Source: a virus (lineage: Duplodnaviria > Caudoviricetes). From it: DNA of 32,634 bases. The stretch is from positions 1 to 32,634 of the IMG/VR virus record IMGVR_UViG_3300037222_000050; one strand, given 5' to 3'. The notes under the pieces are model-generated. The model was given only the letters and a program-made list of their open reading frames with translations. It was not told the DNA's origin and made no database searches. Shown here piece by piece: positions 26,173 through 32,634 of the stretch. A program made the position numbers and the translations under genes. Numbering within the stretch: position 1 is the stretch's first letter; every line of letters starts with the position of its first letter.

Positions 26173-26405
26173 CTGCGGATCGCCTCCAACGCTTTTCTGT
26201 GGGCCGTGGTCGCCTTGCACATCGGGCAAGTGATGCTGCGGCATTCGTCTGTCCGAAAGATCGGTCTGCCAATCTCGCGGCTCTGAGCGAAATCCTCAAG
26301 CCCCGGCATACAGGCCAGAAACTGCCGGCCATATTTCGGGATGACCAGGAAGTGAATCAGCGTCACCTCGCTGCCATCGGCCAGGATAATCGTTTCGAGG
26401 GTCAT
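26169..26405 (-). CDS. Small H-C-CxxC zinc-finger-like protein, paralog 1
   Basis: LIHFL...LACMP...TDECRSITCPMC; ATGA overlaps. Confidence 0.65.
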   Translation of the reverse strand: MTLETIILADGSEVTLIHFLVIPKYGRQFLACMPGLEDFAQSREIGRPIFRTDECRSITCPMCKATTAHRKALEAIRR

Positions 26406-26995
26406 CCGTATGGCCCCACCGCCAACGTTTGCGGCTGAAGTCTGCGGGCACCGTCGAACCGCATCTCGCAGATAATCCCGATATCCGATGCATCGGGAGC
26501 CGCCCCAAACCACTCGCCGCCGACTAATTGCGGCTTGTCTCTGCCGGTGTATCCGGCCGGCTCAATGAACCCATAAACGCTGCCCGAGGGCGTCCAGGCT
26601 GCGATGTTGTCGTTCGCGCTAGGGGGCGTCTGCCCGGGAACCACCGTCATCGACCAATTCATATGCAGGAACGCTCTTAGCTGTTCCATGCGAGCGTTGA
26701 AGCTCGGCTGCCCCTTCGTTGCCGTTCGCGCCAGCTTGCTCGCCAGGAGGGCGTTGCCGATGCGGTCAAGAGGCACACTGACTCGCATGGTCAGCGTCAC
26801 GGCGAACGCGAAATATTCGTCAAGGTTCCTGCGGGCTTTGCTCTGGCTTGTCCCCTCGTGGATCGCAACGTAAATATTCCCGCAACTTACGGGCGGGTGC
26901 CCATCGTCTTGGATGTCGCACAAGCTCTCGCTGCCGTAGCCGAACGGCTGGGCACGGATGGCGTCACGAATTCCAAACAAGAGCGCGTCGATCAT
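26402..26995 (-). CDS. Putative tail terminator/completion protein
   Basis: Size and position upstream of tail tube; MIDALL.GIRDAIR helix followed by alternating strands. Confidence 0.5.
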   Translation of the reverse strand: MIDALLFGIRDAIRAQPFGYGSESLCDIQDDGHPPVSCGNIYVAIHEGTSQSKARRNLDEYFAFAVTLTMRVSVPLDRIGNALLASKLARTATKGQPSFNARMEQLRAFLHMNWSMTVVPGQTPPSANDNIAAWTPSGSVYGFIEPAGYTGRDKPQLVGGEWFGAAPDASDIGIICEMRFDGARRLQPQTLAVGPYG

Positions 26996-27302
26996 TTTTG
27001 TTCCAACTCTTCCGCTTCACAAACCGATCCAACTGCACCGACGCCTGTTTGATCGGCACGCCCAGCACGCCGACAATTTGCACGAACAGTGTGTAAGCCC
27101 CGACAGGATGGCAACTGTCGGGATTGACCTTGAGCGGAGCGGTCGCTAGCCCGCTCACGCTCTGGGGGATCAGGGCTTGCAGCCATGCGGCCCTGACTTC
27201 TCGCGCCATCGATTCCGGCAAGCCTTCGCCTAGCTTTTGAAAGAGGATAACCAGTTCGCGGCGATCGTCTTTCGTGTCGAAGGTGTCGAATTGGATGCTC
27301 AT
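26964..27302 (-). CDS. Hypothetical protein (112 aa)
   Basis: ATG one base after the tad1 stop; no motif recognised. Confidence 0.55.
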   Translation of the reverse strand: MSIQFDTFDTKDDRRELVILFQKLGEGLPESMAREVRAAWLQALIPQSVSGLATAPLKVNPDSCHPVGAYTLFVQIVGVLGVPIKQASVQLDRFVKRKSWNKNDRRALVWNS

Positions 27303-27303
27303 T

Positions 27304-27690
27304 TTACACCTTGTGCGTACCTTCGACTCCGCGGGCGATTCTGGCCTTCGTTCGGCGTTGCAGGCATTCAAGAGCCGCTCGCAAATGATCGAGTGCTTCT
27401 TGGTTGTCATTGCACGCATAAGGCCCTCGCTGGAATCCTTCCAGGCGATCGATGTCGATTGCGACAAGGTCCTCGCATTGGACGCCGTTCACGCCGTTTC
27501 CGTCCACGTTGATCGGACCGTTTTGGAAATAAATCTCGGCAAGAACTTCTCCTTGCGGCTTATCTTCGCCCTCTGAAACGGCACGCACGATGTGGTACTT
27601 ATGGCACGCACCGCCGCTTCCAGGATCATCGGTTGCCGACGTTCTCAGGTTAGCAGATTTGCCTTCAACGGCGTAAATCAATTCTCGCAT
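27304..27690 (-). CDS. tad1: Tad1-family anti-defence cyclic-nucleotide sponge
   Basis: G.GGA.H.Y.I, I.FQ.GP....G.NGV..EDL..I..DRL..FQ.GPY.C..N..AL.H...AL..L.RR...RI.RGV.GT follows the Tad1 pattern along its length. Confidence 0.85.
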   Translation of the reverse strand: MRELIYAVEGKSANLRTSATDDPGSGGACHKYHIVRAVSEGEDKPQGEVLAEIYFQNGPINVDGNGVNGVQCEDLVAIDIDRLEGFQRGPYACNDNQEALDHLRAALECLQRRTKARIARGVEGTHKV

Positions 27691-27706
27691 TATTTTCTCA
27701 TAGCTC

Positions 27707-27928
27707 CTAATCCGGCAAGTTCGCATCCATCCGCTTGTTTCGCCACGCCGTCCCCGCCTTTTGTACGGCATCCTCGCCGTACCCGGCATCGCGGCACAAC
27801 TGCATGTATCCCGCCGTGTCGAGCTTGCCGCATATCGTCGGCTCGTGCAGCATCTCCCACGCTTTCTTGACCGTCAATCCCGAGAAGAGCAGCTCTTCGC
27901 GGAACGCTCCGGCCCCGAATTCGGTCAC
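27707..27928 (-). CDS. Small ORF in the -1 frame of the upstream gene; probable T part of a G/GT chaperone
   Basis: Its frame is open back to the slippery heptamer at 28009-28003. Confidence 0.55.
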   Translation of the reverse strand: MTEFGAGAFREELLFSGLTVKKAWEMLHEPTICGKLDTAGYMQLCRDAGYGEDAVQKAGTAWRNKRMDANLPD

Positions 27929-28362
27929 TGGGAAAAGTTGATCCGCTCCGAATCCCCCGTACTCTCCGGCGCAGATGAAGGCGTTTCTTTTTTGGACCCG
28001 GTAAAATTTCGCAGCACTTCCTTCTGAGCAGCGATCTCATTAAGAAACGCCTCCGCCTCCGCGCGGCTCAGGTCAGGGGGCGAACCGCCCAACCGCTGGT
28101 ACGCGGTGTTGACGACGGATTGCACGAAGTCGAGACGGACCTGGCCGTATTCCTCGATCTTGGAATTCGGCAAGATCCCTTCGCCCTTGTCGTTCAGTTC
28201 CAGATGACTCCACATGATCGTCTGCCAGGCGTCGTAGACCGCGATCACGTCCACCTCGAACGGGGCATCATCGTCGCCGAATTGAAATTTGGCGATGCCA
28301 CGGCGGGAGATTCGCACCACGCCGTTAGCGGAAGGGACAGTTTTGGTCAGCAAGTCGCTCAT
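27925..28362 (-). CDS. Putative tail assembly chaperone (G)
   Basis: 145 aa acidic protein; in-phase A AAT TTT near the 3' end; GAGGA SD. Confidence 0.55.
   Translation of the reverse strand: MSDLLTKTVPSANGVVRISRRGIAKFQFGDDDAPFEVDVIAVYDAWQTIMWSHLELNDKGEGILPNSKIEEYGQVRLDFVQSVVNTAYQRLGGSPPDLSRAEAEAFLNEIAAQKEVLRNFTGSKKETPSSAPESTGDSERINFSQ
28003..28009 (-). promoter_or_regulatory. Candidate -1 programmed ribosomal frameshift site A AAT TTT
   Basis: X XXY YYZ in correct phase (CGA AAT TTT ACC); -1 frame stop-free to 27707. Confidence 0.6.
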
Positions 28363-29102
28363 AAATTCCTCAATAAATGCAAAAGAATATCGATCATTCC
28401 GGTTCGGCCGCTTTCTGAGAGATCATCCCACCATGATTGCGGCCACGTGGATGGCATCGGCCACAAACGCCGTTGCGGGATGCGGCTCGTGCCTTCGTGG
28501 TGAGCCTTCGCATGCTTGCGGTTCGTTCCTACGATCACCTCGCCGCTTCCCACCTTGAATACCTGATCCTCAACCGACGGCGGCGAGGACGGAGCGTATG
28601 CGGATTCAACGCCTGGCGACAAGCTATTGAGCAAGAGGCCGGTATCGCGAAGTATCTGGGCCGGCGCATCGCCATACTCTCCGATCAGCGTCTTAGCACC
28701 TTCATCTTTCAGGATGATCCACGCCCGCGCCGGGCCAACGATCCGCATCAACTGCCACCAGCGCTTACGTTGCTTGACTGTCAGCATGAAGCTGGGGGCG
28801 AAACTTGCGCGGTTCGGGGATCCTTTCACGTTTTTCGGCACGCCCGGATGCCGCCGGCTGTACGCTACCGTGGACTTCGCCAGCGGCGGCCATCGCAAGC
28901 CAGCTTCGTCCGTTCCGCCCGCGGCCTTGACAATAAACGCTTTTTTGATATTCGCCAGTGCCGTCAGGCCGAGCCGTACCTGCATCTGGCCTTGAGCTTC
29001 GCCCGCATCGCCACCATGCCCACTCGCTACCGCAACGGCTTTGGCGATCAGCTTGCGGAGTTGAGCCCGCGTGCCGCGGAAGTTTATGACGTTCTCGGCC
29101 AT
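28359..29102 (-). CDS. Virion morphogenesis/tail completion protein, Mu gpG-like
   Basis: WPPLAKST, ILRDTGLLLNSL, VGTN..HA..HHEG...IPQR. Confidence 0.82.
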   Translation of the reverse strand: MAENVINFRGTRAQLRKLIAKAVAVASGHGGDAGEAQGQMQVRLGLTALANIKKAFIVKAAGGTDEAGLRWPPLAKSTVAYSRRHPGVPKNVKGSPNRASFAPSFMLTVKQRKRWWQLMRIVGPARAWIILKDEGAKTLIGEYGDAPAQILRDTGLLLNSLSPGVESAYAPSSPPSVEDQVFKVGSGEVIVGTNRKHAKAHHEGTSRIPQRRLWPMPSTWPQSWWDDLSESGRTGMIDILLHLLRNL

Positions 29103-29103
29103 C

Positions 29104-29613
29104 TTAACGTAGCCCTAACAGCTTATACCGAATCGTCGCTGCCACCTGAGCCGGCAGACCCGGCGCCGCCGATGATCCGCCCGTCAAGATCGATTTGCCG
29201 ACGAAACGAACCCGACCCGCCAACGGCATTGCGTTCGATCCATTTGTCTGAGGCGTCGGAAATTGGCCGACTGCTCGCTGCTGAAAAGCATTGTTGCCAA
29301 CGCCGCCCCCGGAAAGAACAAAGGTAACTGTCGCCTGAGCGTTCTGGAAGATGCACCACGCGATATCGACCCAGACGCCATCGCCCATGTCTTGCTGCAT
29401 CACGACATAAGCGTTTAGCTGACCGGTCAGGCTTTGCGGTTTCAACGTGACGACAGCGACGATCGCTTGACCGTAGGTGACGGATACCGGATCTTGCCCG
29501 TCGATGGCCGTCCCGCTGTACAAGTCGGCCTCGGTCGAGGTCAGCGGCACGCTCGAGGCATACGTTAGCCCGTCCGTGGTTGCAATCGGGGTGATATTTG
29601 CATATGTCGGCAT
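29104..29613 (-). CDS. Hypothetical beta-rich virion protein
   Basis: Co-oriented ORF; VVMQQDMGDG.W.DI pattern. Confidence 0.55.
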   Translation of the reverse strand: MPTYANITPIATTDGLTYASSVPLTSTEADLYSGTAIDGQDPVSVTYGQAIVAVVTLKPQSLTGQLNAYVVMQQDMGDGVWVDIAWCIFQNAQATVTFVLSGGGVGNNAFQQRAVGQFPTPQTNGSNAMPLAGRVRFVGKSILTGGSSAAPGLPAQVAATIRYKLLGLR

Positions 29614-29626
29614 GGATGCTCACCTA

Positions 29627-30295
29627 CTAGGCCGCCGAGAATTTCGCATTGATGATATTGGCGCCGGTGATGCCCGTAACAACAATCGTCATCGCATTGC
29701 CGGGAGTGTTGACCACTCCGCCTTCCGGCAAGTTGAGCTTTTGCACCGTGCCGACGCTGCCGGCTGCCGCGATCAGGAATTCCGAAGCTAGTTTCGTGCC
29801 GGCGGTCGTTCCATCGTAAATGTCCACTCGGCAACCTGGATAACCTCCGGCCATGACTGACACTTCGCAAAAGGTCAGAGCCCAGGCCCGGTTCGCTTGG
29901 GCCGCTTGCGTCAAGGTGTTGACACCGCTCGAAACCTGCGAAGAATTGAAGATCGTCGCCTGAGCCAAGAAGGCATCCTGCCAACTCGAATCGACGGCGG
30001 CGGCCATGTTGATCTGGACGGAACCGCTCGTGCGAGTGAAGACAACCTTGATCGCGAGCAAGTTCTTGACGGCGGTGAACCAGTTGCCGTTCGCGGTCGT
30101 CGTCGATACCGCCGTGCCGGAAGCGAACGGCGTCACGGACAAAGCGAAGAAGTTAAGGCCATCCACGGAGCCGAAGAAGCTCACGGTGCCGACCCATGAG
30201 CCGGAAACGCCGATGCCGACATTGGACTGGCCGCCGCAATAGATCGCCAGCGACATGCCGTCAGCGTTGAGGACTTCGCGAGTTAGTTGAGCCAT
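29627..30295 (-). CDS. Hypothetical two-domain beta-rich virion (decoration-like) protein
   Basis: SGSWVGTVSF.GSVDG.NF pattern; AAGGA SD. Confidence 0.6.
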   Translation of the reverse strand: MAQLTREVLNADGMSLAIYCGGQSNVGIGVSGSWVGTVSFFGSVDGLNFFALSVTPFASGTAVSTTTANGNWFTAVKNLLAIKVVFTRTSGSVQINMAAAVDSSWQDAFLAQATIFNSSQVSSGVNTLTQAAQANRAWALTFCEVSVMAGGYPGCRVDIYDGTTAGTKLASEFLIAAAGSVGTVQKLNLPEGGVVNTPGNAMTIVVTGITGANIINAKFSAA

Positions 30296-30326
30296 GATTG
30301 TTTTTCCTTTTTACGCAACGCACGAA

Positions 30327-31082
30327 CTAAAACTCAAAAAGAAACGCAGACTGCCAATCTATCGATTGCGGATATTGGGTCGTCGTCGGCTCACTGATAT
30401 TCGGCTCAACTCTGACCACTCGATCTGTGTAGGTGTGGTCAACAGTAACGTTCGAGAACGCTGGCCAGCCGCTGGTCCGCGTGCCGATATCTTCGATGTT
30501 GAGCTCACTATTCTTGACAGCTTTTAACTCTTCCATCGCCTCTTCGTAGGCCGACTCGATTTGCACCGGAGCCGCCCGAAAGAGCCGAGTGCCGACCCAC
30601 CTCGCCGCTATCGTCGTCGCCCAGGCGTTCACGCTCCAACTGTTCACGAGGTCCGAATCGTTGTAGCGGTTGCAGCAGTATAGTTTCACTCTGGCCGTTG
30701 CGTACTTAGTTGCCTTTACCAAGAGGCCGGCGAGCCAGACGTTCACGCCGTTGTCGATGGCGATTGCGCCGCTGTTCACTTGCGTTGTCAGCGGCACTAC
30801 GGTCAAGCTGGTTGCCCCTGCTACGGATGCGGCGTTCAAGACCGCTGTGATCGGCGTGTCCATCGACGCATCGCTGAAAACCAGATTCGTGCCACGCAAT
30901 AGCGGGTATTGCAAGGCACTTACGCTTATCGTTGACGCTCCGATGATCGCGTCGGCGGTTGTTGCTACTTGCTGGCCGCTGGCTTGATTTTGGTCGTCGA
31001 GGCGTAGCTGGGCGGCTTCGATGCCAAGCTGGTCATAAATATCTTGAGGACTACAATACAAGTTAGGCAACGTAACCGGCAT
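30327..31082 (-). CDS. Head-tail connector, Mu gp36/DUF1320-like, with inserted beta domain
   Basis: YCS..DI, A...V.LYC..RY, IAA.W....L, YEEAM..LK.V; next co-oriented gene after capsid; GAGGA SD. Confidence 0.72.
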   Translation of the reverse strand: MPVTLPNLYCSPQDIYDQLGIEAAQLRLDDQNQASGQQVATTADAIIGASTISVSALQYPLLRGTNLVFSDASMDTPITAVLNAASVAGATSLTVVPLTTQVNSGAIAIDNGVNVWLAGLLVKATKYATARVKLYCCNRYNDSDLVNSWSVNAWATTIAARWVGTRLFRAAPVQIESAYEEAMEELKAVKNSELNIEDIGTRTSGWPAFSNVTVDHTYTDRVVRVEPNISEPTTTQYPQSIDWQSAFLFEF

Positions 31083-31102
31083 CACTATCCTCGGAGTCAA
31101 TC

Positions 31103-31726
31103 ATGCGTCATCGTCGTACCAACAAAGAACTAGCTGATTATCTCGACTCATTGATCGGGACCACCTTTACATTTCTGACCGTAGAGTCTGTTGCTAGGAC
31201 TTCGCGGGAAGCCAGAGTTTTTTGCCGCTGTAAATGCGGTAAAACTCGCATCGCAAGACTTCGCGACATTACTACTGGCCGCATTAAAAGCTGCGGCTGC
31301 TTTCGTTTCACTAAGCCAGAAACAAAAGCATGTTACCGCTGCAAAAAAGTACTCCCCTATACTAGCGAATTCTTCGGCAATGACGCAAACGCTTACTTCA
31401 AACTCAAACCGGCTTGCAAAAAATGCACAACTCAAGAGACAAGGATTTACGTCGATAGACTTCGATTAGAAATCCTTACTCACTACAGTAACGGCTCTCT
31501 TTCGTGTGCTTGCTGCGGCATAACTGAGTTTATTTTCCTGTGCTTGGATCACATCAACAACAACGGCTATGAAGAAAAAAAAGCAGGATACTCAGGCCCA
31601 TCTTTGCTAATGAAAATCAAGCGTGAAAACTTTCCTCCTGGTTATCAAGTTCTCTGCTACAACTGCAACATGGCAAAAGCGTTGGCCCCCGGTCGTATCT
31701 GTCCTCATAAGACAAAATACCGATAG
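31103..31726 (+). CDS. Free-standing HNH endonuclease with Zn-binding DNA-binding domains
   Basis: IG..F..LTV, CRCKCG, G..KSCGC, CxxC pairs, LDHI...G....QVLCYNCN..K; AT-richer; antisense. Confidence 0.85.
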   Translation: MRHRRTNKELADYLDSLIGTTFTFLTVESVARTSREARVFCRCKCGKTRIARLRDITTGRIKSCGCFRFTKPETKACYRCKKVLPYTSEFFGNDANAYFKLKPACKKCTTQETRIYVDRLRLEILTHYSNGSLSCACCGITEFIFLCLDHINNNGYEEKKAGYSGPSLLMKIKRENFPPGYQVLCYNCNMAKALAPGRICPHKTKYR

Positions 31727-31736
31727 GTAAAAACCA

Positions 31737-32633
31737 TCAATAAATGACAGAAGCCGGAGCAATCGCGCGCGGAATGTACAATAGGGGAATTGCATTAAGC
31801 ACGCCAAGTATACTGACAGCCGATGGCTGCGTGGTATATTCCTTCCACGCATAGTACCCGCCACGGAATACGAGTGGAGTCCCCGGATTCTCGCACACGT
31901 ACTCGCCGCCGTGATAGAGCTGGACCCACTCCGAGTTCGGCTCGGTGCAGAAAATCGCCATGGTGTCAGGCACGACTTTGGCCAGTGTCGCTCCCGAGGG
32001 AGCCGTGCTGTAGCTGGGGTCGATGTCCGTGTTGAGGGCCAGCACATCATCGCAGATGTGCCAGCGGACGTTCGGGAGGGCTCGCAGCTTGCCGGCGTAG
32101 TAGACGCCTGGTGCCCCGTCCATGAACCGTTCCGGCTCGCGGTCCCACTCGGCGTACACCGTGTTAGACACACCGCCCTGATTGCGGATTTGCGTGTTCA
32201 GCAAGATCGTCTGCCAGGTCAGGCTGTTGACGATGACGTCGGTCATCGCGTAGCCGGATAGCTGGACGTAAGCCGCCGTGATCGCGGCGATGTCGTTCAG
32301 GATTGGTGCCCCGGTGTTCGCCCAACTCGTGCCGATAATGGGGCCGGTGCCGAGCATGTTGAGCTGGTTCTTGTTGCCGGCGGGAATCTGGAAATTGATC
32401 TGCGTGCCGATGGTCGGCGCCGTGAACTGAGGATACCAGTCATCACCGCTGATCGAGAAGTAAAGCGAATCGCGGGCCATGCCCGTGGCCATCATCTCGA
32501 CCGCGTTGGAAAACTGCCGCGCCATGCTCCCCTCCTGGCGCGTCAGGTAGTCTTGCCCGGCGGAGTCGATCACGCTGTTGGGGCCGAGCAGCTTGCTCAG
32601 GTTGCCGAGGAACTCCGCTTCGAGGTCGATCTT
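31737..32633 (-). CDS. Major capsid protein, gpE-like (5' part outside the window)
   Basis: Frame open to the edge; E.M..GM, INFQIPA, W......IL.DI, TQPSA.......AIPLL.IP.A; upstream of gp36-like gene; strong GC3 bias. Confidence 0.75.
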   Translation of the reverse strand, partial: KIDLEAEFLGNLSKLLGPNSVIDSAGQDYLTRQEGSMARQFSNAVEMMATGMARDSLYFSISGDDWYPQFTAPTIGTQINFQIPAGNKNQLNMLGTGPIIGTSWANTGAPILNDIAAITAAYVQLSGYAMTDVIVNSLTWQTILLNTQIRNQGGVSNTVYAEWDREPERFMDGAPGVYYAGKLRALPNVRWHICDDVLALNTDIDPSYSTAPSGATLAKVVPDTMAIFCTEPNSEWVQLYHGGEYVCENPGTPLVFRGGYYAWKEYTTQPSAVSILGVLNAIPLLYIPRAIAPASVIY

Positions 32634-32634
32634 T

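Noticed and set aside
27690-27701. Mini-ORF MRK* overlapping the tad1 start
   Set aside because: Its ATG is only 2 nt from the SD; may be chance
28437-29327. 296-aa + strand ORF
   Set aside because: Antisense to motif-supported gpG-like gene; no features
1-32634. Host assignment and prophage boundaries
   Set aside because: No integrase, att site, tRNA or host gene seen; a Planctomycetota-like host is only an impression that the sequence alone cannot support

Overview
A 32.6-kb segment of a tailed phage or prophage with Mu-like structural gene families. No integrase, tRNA, rRNA, CRISPR array or host core gene is visible. Two tightly coupled gene runs converge at 6373/6376. The + strand run (71-6373) interleaves nucleotide-sugar and glycosylation enzymes (RfbA-like, RfbB-like, GT9-like glycosyltransferase, HldE/RfaE-type heptose kinase) with a C5-cytosine MTase, which has a nested +1-frame ORF, and an N6-adenine MTase. 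The - strand run (window end to 6376) is a virion morphogenesis operon in unusual order: major capsid, gp36-like connector, gpG-like protein, chaperone pair with a -1 slippery site, tail tube, a largely disordered tape-measure-like protein, and only then portal and MuF, followed by tail/fibre genes. Embedded in it are a Tad1-family anti-defence sponge, a stand-alone JAB/MPN+ protease among tail genes, an ADP-ribosyltransferase cassette inside MuF bounded by direct repeats, an intragenic sigma70 promoter with an internal start, an XRE regulator, and two antisense homing endonucleases (LAGLIDADG, HNH). All family calls come from motif recognition by eye; no searches were run.
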